Of a DNA stretch of 64,000 nt, positions 10,121 to 20,815 are shown in pieces; the first letter of the stretch is position 1, and the number at the start of each line of letters is the position of its first letter. Under the pieces are notes generated by a model, which worked only from the letters and a program-made list of their open reading frames with translations, was not told where the DNA came from and did no database searches. Source of the stretch: Candidatus Bathyarchaeota archaeon (lineage in GTDB: Archaea > Thermoproteota > Bathyarchaeia > Bathyarchaeales > Bathycorpusculaceae); assembly GCA_963827165.1 (NCBI GenBank), contig CAWGZR010000012.1:1-64000 (forward strand), read 5' to 3'. The position numbers were made by a program, and so were the translations under genes.

Positions 10121-11532
10121 TGACCATGGCGACGAAAACAGGAACCGGATTAGAGTATAAAGGAGTAGCTTCAATTTCAGGCCCAATTATCGTGATAGAG
10201 AACGTGCAAAATGTAGGATACGATGAACTGGTCACAGTTAGAACCCAAAACGGCGAAACGCGGTTAGGGAAAGTTATTGAAGTCTCCACAAAAGCAGTAA
10301 TTGTCCAAGTCTTCGAAGGAACCACAGGCTTATCACCAGCAGAAACACGAACTCGCTTCCTTAATCATTCTCTGGAAGTCCCGGTGTCCACAGAAATGCT
10401 CGGTCGAGTCATGAACAGCTTTGGCGAACCCATTGACGGACATCCTCGATTCTTCACTGAAGAAAAACGCGACGTAAACGGTTATCCATTAAACCCCGTT
10501 TCCCGAGAGTACCCAAAAGAATTCATTCAAACAGGTATCTCCGCGATTGATGGATTATGCAGCCTAGTCCGCGGACAGAAACTGCCCGTCTTCAGCGGCC
10601 CAGGGCTTGCGCACAATGAACTTGCCGCCCAAATCGTGAGACAAGCTCAGATTCGCAGCGGTGGCGAAGACTTTAACATAGTCTTCATTGCGATGGGTTT
10701 GGAACATGACGACGCTGCCTTTTTCCAAAGAAGCTTCGAAGAAACGGGCGCCATCAAAAACGTGGCAATGTTTCTTAATTTAGCGGAAGACCCCCCAGTC
10801 GAACGCATCATTACCCCCAGAGCCGGTTTAACATTAGCTGAATACTTGGCTTTTGACCAAGACCGTCATGTACTCGTTATCATGACTGATATGACTAATT
10901 ATTGCGAAGCTCTCCGGGAAGTCAGTGCTTCTATGGAAGAAGTGCCTAGCAGGAAAGGTTACCCCGGTTACATGTATAGTGACTTAGCCAGTATATATGA
11001 ACGGGCAGGGCGAATTCACGGAAAGAAAGGTTCTATTACGCAGATGCCAATTTTAACCATGCCAAACGACGATATTACCCACCCAATCCCGGATCTTACA
11101 GGTTACATTACTGAAGGGCAAATCGTTTTGTCTCGCTCTTTAGAGAAACAGGGAATCTATCCCCCAATTTATATTTCCACTAGTTTGTCTCGACTGATGA
11201 AAGATGGAATTGGTAAAGATAGCACCCGAGAAGACCACGCTAACGTTTCAAGCCAACTTTATTCAGCTTACGCTCAGTATAACTCGGTTAAATCATTAGT
11301 TACCATCATCGGCGAGGAAGGGTTAGGTCAAAGAGACAAAGAATACTTGCGCTTCGGCGAAGCTTTCGAAAAAACGCTCATAAACCAAGGCAAGAACGAA
11401 AACAGAACAATTGAGCAAACGCTTTCGATCGCTTGGGATGCACTTTCGCTGTTGCCTGACGAAGAATTGACCAGCATAAAGCCGGAATACATCCAGAGGT
11501 ACTATCCAAAATTTGATAGTGAGGTCAAGTAA
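10120..11532 (+). CDS. atpB: A/V-type ATP synthase subunit B
   Basis: [29 protein letters not shown]. Confidence 0.97.
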   Translation: MTMATKTGTGLEYKGVASISGPIIVIENVQNVGYDELVTVRTQNGETRLGKVIEVSTKAVIVQVFEGTTGLSPAETRTRFLNHSLEVPVSTEMLGRVMNSFGEPIDGHPRFFTEEKRDVNGYPLNPVSREYPKEFIQTGISAIDGLCSLVRGQKLPVFSGPGLAHNELAAQIVRQAQIRSGGEDFNIVFIAMGLEHDDAAFFQRSFEETGAIKNVAMFLNLAEDPPVERIITPRAGLTLAEYLAFDQDRHVLVIMTDMTNYCEALREVSASMEEVPSRKGYPGYMYSDLASIYERAGRIHGKKGSITQMPILTMPNDDITHPIPDLTGYITEGQIVLSRSLEKQGIYPPIYISTSLSRLMKDGIGKDSTREDHANVSSQLYSAYAQYNSVKSLVTIIGEEGLGQRDKEYLRFGEAFEKTLINQGKNENRTIEQTLSIAWDALSLLPDEELTSIKPEYIQRYYPKFDSEVK

Positions 11533-11537
11533 AAAAA

Positions 11538-12167
11538 TTGTCCTCTGAAAGTGTTAGCCCTACAAGGATTAACTTAATCCAGACGAAAAAGACGCTTAAG
11601 CTTGCGGAGTCCGGCCGCGAAGTTCTTGAGCGGAAACGCGACATTTTGATACGTGAGCTCAGGAACAGCATTTATGAGGCCGAAAGAGCTCGCGAGGAAT
11701 TGGTAGCTGCTCTAGCGAAAGCTTACCAAAACCTACGGGAAGCCAACATAGCAAAGGGTTCCGAAGTTATTGCTAACGTGGCTTTAGCTTCAAGCGCTGA
11801 AGCCCATTACCAAATTGATACCAAAAGCATTATGGGCGTAACCATTCCCAACGTAGAATTTCAAGGTAAACCTAACGTGAAACCCGACTACGGATTCGCA
11901 AGCACTAGCGTAGAATTAGACAAGGCCTTTAAACAATTCTACAGTGTCCTAAAGTTAATCGCTGATTTAGCTAAAGCTGAAGGAGCCACATTTCAAATTG
12001 CCAATGATGTGCGGAGGACTCAACGTCGTGTCAACGCCTTAAACTATGTTCTTATCCCGCGATACCGAAATATAGCCAAATCGATCGAACTAGTTTTGGA
12101 AGAAAAAGACCGCGAAGAATTTGTTAGGACTAAAATAATTAAACGTGTAATTAAGGAACGTGAATAA
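11538..12167 (+). CDS. atpD: A/V-type ATP synthase subunit D
   Basis: PTRINL, LERKRD, TQRRVNAL, LEEKDREEF. Confidence 0.95.
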   Translation: MSSESVSPTRINLIQTKKTLKLAESGREVLERKRDILIRELRNSIYEAERAREELVAALAKAYQNLREANIAKGSEVIANVALASSAEAHYQIDTKSIMGVTIPNVEFQGKPNVKPDYGFASTSVELDKAFKQFYSVLKLIADLAKAEGATFQIANDVRRTQRRVNALNYVLIPRYRNIAKSIELVLEEKDREEFVRTKIIKRVIKERE

Positions 12168-12612
12168 AATGAAGTTTAGTAGCCAAACTATACAAAAAAT
12201 CTTAATTCCCACCGACGGGTCAGATTACAGTATACATGCAGCAGAATACGGTATCAGCATTGCCAAAGTGCATGAAGCACAAATTATGGCTGTTTATGTC
12301 CTTGACGAGGTCGTTATTGAACGGTTTACAAAAATAACTGAACGCGAGGATATTGAAAGAGAACTAAAAAACGATGGTCAACGATACCTCAACTATGTTT
12401 TGAGCTTAGCCGAAAAAGAAGGTGTCAAAGCAACTTCACTGATTGCAAAAGGAAGACCATTCGAGCAGATTGTGCACCTATCTAATGGTTTAAACATGGA
12501 CTTAATTGTTATGGGTTCATTTGGAAGAAGAAGTGCAGAAAGAATCCTTATCGGCAGCGTTTGTGAGCGAGTGATTGAATATGCCAATTGCCCTGTTCTA
12601 GTTGTGAAATAA
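12160..12612 (+). CDS. Universal stress protein (UspA family)
   Basis: KILIPTDGS, DLIVMGSFG, IGSVCERVI...CPVLVVK. Confidence 0.92.
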   Translation: MNKMKFSSQTIQKILIPTDGSDYSIHAAEYGISIAKVHEAQIMAVYVLDEVVIERFTKITEREDIERELKNDGQRYLNYVLSLAEKEGVKATSLIAKGRPFEQIVHLSNGLNMDLIVMGSFGRRSAERILIGSVCERVIEYANCPVLVVK

Positions 12613-12634
12613 GACTGGTTGGTAACTAAATCTG

Positions 12635-12811
12635 ATGAAAAATGACAAGATAGATCAGGATTTTCAGGATTTTAATTTGGATCTTGAGCAGGCCACGCAA
12701 CGAGAAATAATGAATGTTCGAGATGAAATTAAGGCACTCAAAGAGACGGTCGCTGAGATAGGTGTAAGCTTGGAACCGCTCTCTCCAATGAAGAGAAAAG
12801 GTGTTAGCTGA
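12635..12811 (+). CDS. Small 58-aa putative coiled-coil protein (below ORF-track cutoff)
   Basis: Manual translation MKNDKIDQDFQDFNLDLEQATQREIMNVRDEIKALKETVAEIGVSLEPLSPMKRKGVS; fills the usp-atpK gap on the same strand. Confidence 0.5.
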   Translation: MKNDKIDQDFQDFNLDLEQATQREIMNVRDEIKALKETVAEIGVSLEPLSPMKRKGVS

Positions 12812-12865
12812 TAAAAAAGTTAATAGCTAAGTTGTTGTTTGCTGTCGTATCGAAGTGAACATAGA

Positions 12866-13207
12866 TTGAAACCTAAACTAATATTCCTCGTTTTACTTCC
12901 GCTGGTACTTCTACCTCTCATTGGCGTAGCTGCCGGATTAACAGTGACTACTCTTCAAAATCAAACTGCGGCACCTACTTCTGCAGGAGCTTACGATAAA
13001 CTGGGCATTGCAATTGGAGCTGGATTAGCTATTGGCTTATCAGGATTAGGCGCGGGGCTTGCAATTTCCGCTGCTGGTAGTGCCGCAATCAGTGCGTTAG
13101 CCGAAAAGCCTGATACATTCTTTAGAAGTTTCTTGATTGTGGCATTGGCTGAAGCATTGGCAATTTACGGTTTGATTATGGGTATTCTGCTCTGGCTTAA
13201 ACTTTAG
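12866..13207 (+). CDS. atpK: A/V-type ATP synthase subunit K (c, proteolipid), single hairpin with N-terminal hydrophobic leader
   Basis: GAGLAIGLSGLGAG helix, ALAEALAIYG with ion-binding Glu; TTG start inferred. Confidence 0.92.
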   Translation: MKPKLIFLVLLPLVLLPLIGVAAGLTVTTLQNQTAAPTSAGAYDKLGIAIGAGLAIGLSGLGAGLAISAAGSAAISALAEKPDTFFRSFLIVALAEALAIYGLIMGILLWLKL

Positions 13208-13462
13208 ATGACAGCCTTTTCTAAAAGAAGGATTGAGCTGGCAGAAACCAGTTAACCCCTTTTTAGTTTCTGTTACAACCAATAGACAAAAGAGCATAAA
13301 CTTCCTTCGACGAAAGATAGATTGTGGCCTTCAATATTTTTGAATGCATATCTGATTCGGTAGATTGAGATCTTGTTAGCGCCCAATGTTTTCCATAGGA
13401 AATCTGCTAATGCAATAAGTGTTAAATAATACTTCGAAATAAAACAGCGGAAGGGCGAGATA

Positions 13463-13772
13463 ATGGATAAGTGGGCTGATTATTTAATCTCTGCAGTAAA
13501 AACTAGCTCCCGATCAGATACATGTGGATTTTTTAGAATGCCATTCCGATTTTGGCTGTGTAGTTTGCGAGCACATTGTTCTTTCCAGGACTGACATTAT
13601 TTCAAAAATAAAAACGGGGTGCACCTACGTTACAGTGTTTAGAACTGCCATTGGGAAATGGCGCAAAGGTCAAGATGTGCACCTTGTAGTTGTAGATGGC
13701 AAAGAATTCATTAGAACTGATTTAAAAAACAGCGTCGCTTCCGACAACTTTGATGATGTCCCAGAGTTTTAA
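13463..13772 (+). pseudogene. DUF3892-like protein with one apparent frameshift
   Basis: MDKWADYLISAVK in one frame joins ...GKWRKGQDVHLV..DGKEFIRTD...SDNFDDVPEF in the +1 frame near 13510. Confidence 0.65.
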
Positions 13773-14152
13773 TCCGATTACCAAGCATCCATTACAAATA
13801 TATTGAATAGGGACTTGCTCAATCCTCTGTTTAATCTGGGGCATTCTGCTCTGGATTAAGATATGGATAAAATCATTTTTTATCTCATTTTATCCTGGTT
13901 TTTCAAAAAACGGGCCGTTCGAAATTGAGTGGAAAACCCGAATTCTGAATTTGACTGTACGAAATTCTATTATACCAAAAAATTCGCGTATCTGCATATG
14001 ATGACGCGGAAGGCTTCATAAATTATCATCTGTTGTTGCAATCTACAATCACATCGACTTAAGTGTTCGACATACAAAATTAACATGTATACTTTTTGAT
14101 GAATCGGGCTGCATCGTAACCTAGTCGATAAAAAAAATTCGGTGACAAACGA

Positions 14153-15244
14153 ATGCGGGAAGAACTGAAAAAATACGTTTCTGTTTCGTTTCTTATCGGT
14201 TTCTCCGTCTTTGTGCTTTATCTCTTGTTTTTTTCTAACATAGGATCAATTGTGAATGTCCTGGGGAAAACAAGCGTCGCAGTTTATGCTCTGGCGTTTA
14301 TCTGCGTGTTTTGCGGAGTGGTTTTCGACGCTCTCACCTGGCATCAAATCCTCCGCCGACTTTCGGTAAAAACAACTTTTCGCCGTGTTTTCACCTTGAG
14401 TTGGGTAGGCATATTTGTTGACGCGATAGTTCCCAGCGGTTGGTCCGGAGACGTTTTCAAAGCCTATTTGTTGTCCAAGGACAGCGGAGTTGACGGGTCA
14501 AAAACAGCCGCATCGATTGTGATTAAGAAAGTTTTTGAGTTACTAATGACTTTGGGGGCGTTGTTTTTCGGCTTAGCACTTTTAATCTTGAATTATTCTT
14601 TGGATAATGAAACGTTTATTGTAATAGGCGTTCTAATTGTTTTGATTTCTTTACCGTCGGTCTTAATTCTATACCTGAGTATTAGCTTAAGAACGAGTCA
14701 TGTTGTTTTCAGGTTTGTGCGGCGGCTTTCCACTTTAGTGAGAGGAAAAAACTCGAATACTCCCGAATTTGAAACAAACTCAAAAAATCCATAAGCGAAT
14801 TTCACGACGGCATCATGATGTTGAAAACCAACCCTAAAAAGATGTTCCAACCGCTTATCTTTCAGTCAATATCATGGATTTTCAGCATATTGACCCTTTT
14901 TCTAATTTTTGCTTCAATAGGTTACATAATAAGCCCTGACAAAATCGTCATAACGAACTCTATAACATCTAATTTTTCAAACTCAAGGATTTGCGCTTGC
15001 AGGATTTTTGCCGATTATTTCAAGTTTGCTTTACCACATGTTAGGTACCGCGTCGCTTGTGAGTGTGACGTCAAGTTTGCTGGCCAGTTTTCCAACGTTT
15101 TGGTTCAGAGTCATCGTTTCCTTCATTATTTTCCAAGTAATAGTCTTCGACCGCGCCGTTCCTTTCTTGAGGTCAGAAACCGGGAAAATAACGCCCGAGA
15201 TTAAGGGGCTGCTTGACTTTCCTGAAAAGCCAAAATCCATTTAA
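14153..15244 (+). pseudogene. Lysylphosphatidylglycerol synthase TM-domain (UPF0104, flippase-like) protein split by two frameshifts
   Basis: VDAIVPSGWSGDVFKAYLL motif; three consecutive hydrophobic ORFs joinable at an A-run (~14778) and a T-run (~14975). Confidence 0.7.
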
Positions 15245-15380
15245 CTCGTAGAAAAAAGAAACGGCTGAACAAGGTATCATCAGCTTTCCAGACTGAATTA
15301 CTGTCTGCACGAAAGCATAATAATGGCTGATAACTTAGTTTATTTGAGTCGAAGAGAGTTATTTCTCTTGATTTCCTAAG

Positions 15381-16829
15381 GTGCTTAGTTTGCAGGCAAA
15401 TTCACTGTCATTCACAATTGTTCCAGAAATTCCAATGGATTACATCAGCAAGTTCTATGAATACATGAACAAGTTTTTTCTTGCTCCACAAAAAACCCGT
15501 TATGCAGATATTTCCTCGGGCGATTTTTCCATCAGTTACTCGATTTTAGGTGTCGACGGGAAAAAAATTATAAACGTTCATGCTTCCGGCAAAGATGCAA
15601 TCAACGCTGTTATTGAGCCAATCCAATCAGGGGTTCCAGAAGACGAGATCTCCAAGTCGAAAGAAGACGTCAAGATAGCAATAGATGCTTTCGAGGAACA
15701 AGTTAGAAAGAACAGCCTTTTCTTCGCTTGGAGAGAAGGAGAATCAATCGTTCCTGAAGCGGTGACAGGCAAAGAAAACAAATCTTTGCGCCGCATTTTT
15801 TTGGAGACTCAGATCATACTTATTGCGGCGTTCATGAGCGTGGGAATTTTGCTGTTCCTGGTCATTGAGCAGTTTGACGCTTTGTACGTTCCACTGGTTC
15901 CAGTTGTGCTGCTTGCCATCCAATTCGTCTTTGTTTTCTATTCAAACAAAATTGTTGCCCGATCAGCAGATTGGCACATTACACAGAGAGACCCATACAT
16001 CCACATCTTGCAATATCCCCTTTCCGTAGCAACGGATGACGCGAACAAGAAACTTTCGAAAAACGAGTTAACTCAGCTTAAGCAAGAAATCTATAAAGTG
16101 ACCATAGCTCAGAACGGCGAACTTGACTGTGAAAAGGCGCACGATATATTCGCAAAGTTTGGTATTAATTGCAAGACTCAAGATTTGATTGCCCGAAAAG
16201 TAAACGTTTACGACATCGTACAGAGGACTGCCGACAAGTTCGCCTACAAAGTACCCGAGATAATCGTATCTAACACATTGCTGCCAAACGCGGCTGCTTC
16301 AGGGCCTACACCAAGTCGAGGCATAGTTTTGATTACGACAGGAACGTTCTTGCAGCTTAATGATGAAGAAATTGAATCTGTCTTAGGACATGAGTTCGGG
16401 CATTTGAAGGGACACGACCCACTTTGGCTGTACGGTTTATCTGCGATTCAGTACCTTTTCTGGTTCTACATAATCTTTACATTGATAAGAACCAGCTCGA
16501 CGCTTCTGCTAGTCATTTATTTGTGGGCTCTGTTAACACTAACCTATTTTGTCTCAAAGTTCTTTGAGGCGAGAGCCGACTTAATTTCAGCGATGGTTAT
16601 TGGCAAACCGAAGATTCTTGCTGATTCACTTGAAAAAATTGGTTTCCAAAGATTGCTTTACGAGCGTGTGCCATCTTTCCGTTTCCAAGAATGGTTAAAC
16701 TGGGATCCCCACCCGCCGATCTATTTCAGAATTGCAAGACTACGAAACTTAGAGGACCCGTCAAAAATTAAACATCCTCTTCGCCAATCGGCACGGGAAG
16801 TGATAAGAGGCTTCTTCAACAGCTTCTAA
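15381..16829 (+). CDS. M48/HtpX-family membrane zinc metalloprotease with N-terminal extension
   Basis: PNAAASG, VLGHEFGHLK (HExxH), FEARAD, HPP..FRIARL. Confidence 0.9.
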   Translation: MLSLQANSLSFTIVPEIPMDYISKFYEYMNKFFLAPQKTRYADISSGDFSISYSILGVDGKKIINVHASGKDAINAVIEPIQSGVPEDEISKSKEDVKIAIDAFEEQVRKNSLFFAWREGESIVPEAVTGKENKSLRRIFLETQIILIAAFMSVGILLFLVIEQFDALYVPLVPVVLLAIQFVFVFYSNKIVARSADWHITQRDPYIHILQYPLSVATDDANKKLSKNELTQLKQEIYKVTIAQNGELDCEKAHDIFAKFGINCKTQDLIARKVNVYDIVQRTADKFAYKVPEIIVSNTLLPNAAASGPTPSRGIVLITTGTFLQLNDEEIESVLGHEFGHLKGHDPLWLYGLSAIQYLFWFYIIFTLIRTSSTLLLVIYLWALLTLTYFVSKFFEARADLISAMVIGKPKILADSLEKIGFQRLLYERVPSFRFQEWLNWDPHPPIYFRIARLRNLEDPSKIKHPLRQSAREVIRGFFNSF

Positions 16830-17018
16830 AATACAAACTTTCAAAAAATTTTTATTTTTTGGCTGCTTCGCGCACATCAACCGCAACGTATAAAATAGGA
16901 TAAATCACTGTTGTGACAATAAAATCAGTAAGCCCTCAGCAAGCAAATTGTTGCACGATTGTGTAGCCACATACCCTTAAATCACAATTTGAGAGATAAT
17001 TCATTAGAAGGTGCTTTT

Positions 17019-17855
17019 TTGCCAATTAGCAGGCGAGAATTTATTAAAATCGGCGCGGCTGGCGCAATAGGTTTTGGAGTGGCCAGCGCCATTGAAATTC
17101 CAATCTTGGAAAGCGTAATCAGTAGCAAAAGTAACGATGTTAAGAATTTACAAAAACAGGTCACTTCCGCCTCGCAGGCGTTTCTTGCTCTAAATAAAAA
17201 CGAGCAGGCAGAACTTGAGGCCATGGTTGAAACAATAATTCCCACTGATTCAAACGGACCAGGAGCAAAAGAAGCCGGCGTGATATTTTTCATAGACCAT
17301 CAACTCGCAGGAGAATATGGACATAATGGGCGAATGTACATGCAAGGGCCCTTTGTGATGCCTGGCCAAGCAGGTCCCATAACCGTCAACGGTGTTACTT
17401 ATTCAGACGGTGTACCCGCACAGTCGTATCCAGGCCCAGCTTACCAATATAACTTTTTGATGAGGGAATTTTGGAGAAACGCTCTTTTGGCTGTGGAAAC
17501 CTACTCAAACAGCGCTTATGGCAATAACATTGAAAACTTGAGCTCTTCACAAATTACGCAAGCATTAACCGACCTGTATAACAATAAACCAGCAACTTCG
17601 GACTTCAACAATATAGTTCCTCAGGATTTCTTCAACGAATTAATCTTTATGACTTGGTCTGGCTTCTTGATGGATCCCATCTATGGAGGCAACGCTAACA
17701 TGGTTGGTTGGACGCTTACAGGTTTCACAGGCGCTAACAGGGGCGACAGTTTTAAAGAGGGTAGAAACGTCCTGACGCTTATGGTGGCCTCCAAACCCAC
17801 AAAGTGGCCTCCGCATAGCTTAGCAGAATATGAACAATCATATGGAGAAATGTGA
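17019..17855 (+). CDS. Gluconate 2-dehydrogenase subunit 3 (gamma)-family protein with twin-arginine motif
   Basis: SRREFIK Tat motif, IIPTD..GPGAKEAGVIFFIDHQL, DPIYGGN..MVGW...GF.G; TTG start inferred. Confidence 0.88.
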   Translation: MPISRREFIKIGAAGAIGFGVASAIEIPILESVISSKSNDVKNLQKQVTSASQAFLALNKNEQAELEAMVETIIPTDSNGPGAKEAGVIFFIDHQLAGEYGHNGRMYMQGPFVMPGQAGPITVNGVTYSDGVPAQSYPGPAYQYNFLMREFWRNALLAVETYSNSAYGNNIENLSSSQITQALTDLYNNKPATSDFNNIVPQDFFNELIFMTWSGFLMDPIYGGNANMVGWTLTGFTGANRGDSFKEGRNVLTLMVASKPTKWPPHSLAEYEQSYGEM

Positions 17856-17864
17856 GGTAAGAAT

Positions 17865-19676
17865 ATGAGTCAAATCATAAACCATCCTTCTGCCGACGTC
17901 GTCATTCTCGGCATGGGCGCAATGAGCGGCGTTATCGCTGCTGAACTAACAAAAGCAGGTTACAACGTTGTAGGCTTGGAAAGAGGGCCTAAATGGGATT
18001 TCGCAACTGACTTCAATGACACAAAATACGACGAGTGGGGCATTGGCTATATGCGCAAATTCGATATTAACCTGGGCATAACCACCTCTACCATAAGGAA
18101 TAACATCAACCAGTATGCATTGCCAATTCGCAGAAACACCATCGGCTATCCCGGACAAATTATTTCAGAAGGTTGGGGCGTAGGCGGTATGGCCCAACAC
18201 TACGGTGGCGCGATGGGACGATATCCTCCATGGGTCTATACGATGTATTCAAGCACTGTCAGCAGATATGGCTTGGACTTTCTCAATTCAGTGGTGCCTC
18301 ACCAAGATATTCAGGATTGGCCAATGACCTATGATGACTATATGCCTTACTACGAAGAATGGGAGAAGATGTGGGGGGTGTGCGGTACCAATCAGGGGTC
18401 ATTACTTCCAGGCTTCACCAGTTACAATTATCCGATGCCTCCTAACCCTATTACACCTGTTGCAACCCTATTTCAAAGTGCCACCCAAGCCTTGGGTTAC
18501 AGCCCCTTTATTGCCCCCACAGCGTTAGCAACTCAAGGATATGTTAACTCATACGGAGTCGGTGTAAATGGATGCATTTATGAGGGGTGGTGCGGTGCAG
18601 CATGCAACTATGTCTGTGAAAATGGTGCAAAAGCCAATTCAGACTTCAGAACTGTTCCTTATGCGCTAAACACCGGAAAGTTGGATCTGAGACTCAACAG
18701 TTACGTTTTCCGTCTAGACACAGACTCTAGTGGTAAAGTCACCGATGTTAGGTATTACGACCAAAATGGTAACATAAACGTTCAACCAGGCACAGTTTTC
18801 TTCAATGGCTTATGGGGCTTCAACATAATCAAACTTATGCTAAACTCAGGGATAGGCAATCCATACAATCCCACAACTGTAAAAGGCTCTCTTGGAAGAG
18901 GAATAACTATGGGAGTGCAACCGTTGGATGGAAGCACGAGATATGCATTCGGAACTCTTGAAAACATCGGAGGTAACGGATATCCCGCAGGCAATGCCAC
19001 TGGCGGCGGAGTTGAAATTCTGGACTTCGCAGATGACTATTTTGACCACACGGGATTAAACTTCATCGGAGGAGCAGTATTATCAGCCGGCGGTTATTTG
19101 GGAAGTGGACCTGGCAACTTTAATTTTTATGCTAGTGGACCAGCACCCAGCCTGATCGGAAGTACATTCAAAGCAAGCCTTAAAAACGCGTTTTTGCCGA
19201 CAAAAACCCTTGTCGTTCTTTCCCCTTCAGGAATGGAACCTCCTATAACTGACTGGAATGTAGATTTAGACCCCAACTACACGGACATTTACGGTGACCC
19301 TCTGCCTAGAACCACCATAGATTGGACTGCAAACACCTATAACTGCGCAAACTATCTAGCACCAAAAATGGCCGCCATACTTACAAAAATGGGTTGCACC
19401 AACATCACCGTGACTCCAGCCACAACAGCCATGAGCCATGTTCCAGCTTGGCAGGCGCACATGAGAGGCGGCGCAAGGGCAGGCACCGACCCAGCGACGT
19501 CAGTTTTCAACATGTGGCAGCAATGCTGGACGAGCCAAAACCTTTTTGCTGCAGGGGAAATCACTAACACGACAGGCGATAATACTACAGCCGGAACCCA
19601 TGGTGCAGGTCCAGGATCTTATGTCGCCGCAGAAGGTATACAAATGTATCTAAAAAGCCCCGGACCTCTTGTTTAA
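17865..19676 (+). CDS. GMC-family FAD oxidoreductase (gluconate 2-dehydrogenase alpha-like)
   Basis: VVILGMG...VVGLERG, GVGG..HY, QDWPMTYDD..PYY, Cys cluster C..EGWC...C...C, LDP...D.YG.P, HMRGGAR.G.DP..SV. Confidence 0.9.
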   Translation: MSQIINHPSADVVILGMGAMSGVIAAELTKAGYNVVGLERGPKWDFATDFNDTKYDEWGIGYMRKFDINLGITTSTIRNNINQYALPIRRNTIGYPGQIISEGWGVGGMAQHYGGAMGRYPPWVYTMYSSTVSRYGLDFLNSVVPHQDIQDWPMTYDDYMPYYEEWEKMWGVCGTNQGSLLPGFTSYNYPMPPNPITPVATLFQSATQALGYSPFIAPTALATQGYVNSYGVGVNGCIYEGWCGAACNYVCENGAKANSDFRTVPYALNTGKLDLRLNSYVFRLDTDSSGKVTDVRYYDQNGNINVQPGTVFFNGLWGFNIIKLMLNSGIGNPYNPTTVKGSLGRGITMGVQPLDGSTRYAFGTLENIGGNGYPAGNATGGGVEILDFADDYFDHTGLNFIGGAVLSAGGYLGSGPGNFNFYASGPAPSLIGSTFKASLKNAFLPTKTLVVLSPSGMEPPITDWNVDLDPNYTDIYGDPLPRTTIDWTANTYNCANYLAPKMAAILTKMGCTNITVTPATTAMSHVPAWQAHMRGGARAGTDPATSVFNMWQQCWTSQNLFAAGEITNTTGDNTTAGTHGAGPGSYVAAEGIQMYLKSPGPLV

Positions 19677-19723
19677 ACCTTTTTTAGCAACAAAATTTTT
19701 CAAAGACTTAAGAGGAAAAGCAA

Positions 19724-20278
19724 ATGCAAAAGCAACAGCTAAATTCATTCGTAGCGATTGTTCCACCGAAGTATGTTTCGGCACTTTTGATACTTCACGA
19801 AAAATTTGAAGGCAAAAACATTGAGTGGGCAGTAAGCGGAGATCTTGCCGAAGCTTTGAAAGCGGTCAGAGTTAAACCTGACTGTATAGAAATCGTGACC
19901 TCTGAAAAAGGCGCTGAACAGATTTGCAGTGCAGTCTCCGAATTTAATCCTCAAAAAATTGAGTATCGAATCCAACAGCTTCAGCGCAACGCTTTGATTG
20001 GCGGAAAGGAATATCCCGTTTTCATCAGGAGCCACTATTTCGAGTTCGAGGTTAATGGAATCAAAGTAAAAGTTCACGGTGATTTACAATTTGAAGTCGA
20101 CGAGTGGGGTTGGGGCGATAAATTTGAATTCGTTCCTGTTTCAATCTACATTGTAAACAAAAAAACTTCCTTGGTTCCTCTTAACACAATATATGAACTT
20201 TACGAAAACTTAGGATGGAGTGACAGGGCGGAAAAAATAACCGATGTAACTGTGAGCCGCCAACGCTTTCACCGCTGA
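19724..20278 (+). CDS. Hypothetical protein, degenerate nucleotidyltransferase-like
   Basis: WAVSGDLAEAL.AV.V.PDCIEIVT resembles the GS...D.D NTase motif with substitutions. Confidence 0.5.
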   Translation: MQKQQLNSFVAIVPPKYVSALLILHEKFEGKNIEWAVSGDLAEALKAVRVKPDCIEIVTSEKGAEQICSAVSEFNPQKIEYRIQQLQRNALIGGKEYPVFIRSHYFEFEVNGIKVKVHGDLQFEVDEWGWGDKFEFVPVSIYIVNKKTSLVPLNTIYELYENLGWSDRAEKITDVTVSRQRFHR

Positions 20279-20815
20279 AAAGTCTTGAGCAAAAAATTCT
20301 TTAGCGCTTACAGCTACCAGGCTGTGTCGAGAAAGTTGGATGACGTTTCGATAGCCGGTCGGCTTTTGCTCCGTTGGGGTGCAAATAGGAATCGAAGCAT
20401 TTTCTCATTCTCATATGCGGCATTAAAGAATTCGCAAACATAGGTTGAAAAAGGAAACAGCCTGCTTGCAAACAAACCTACATTTCATTAGGCTGGGTTA
20501 ACATGGCGCTTGAATAGGCGTTTTAAGACTTTGTTGCAGTGATAATACAGGGCGGCATATCAGTACTTGGTGTGAGAAATCCACACAAAAAAGTGCTTCA
20601 TCCAGAGCCTCCTCCACGTTTCCATTTAAAGCAGGGCGCAACAAAAAGGAGAATCGATTAACTCAACCGCTTACTTATCACTCAACAGATATCAAAGAAA
20701 GAATGATTTAATCAATAAACTTGAAGCATTTTTTCTTCAGAATATTTTTAAAGGCAAAATTATAGCGTAAATAGAAAATAAGCTATGAATATATAAAAAT
20801 AAAGAACGAAAAGGC

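Noticed and set aside
20279-20815. ~540-bp gap between convergent units, examined for ncRNA, repeats or a missing cytochrome gene
   Set aside because: No convincing ORF, CxxCH, repeat or recognisable RNA motif
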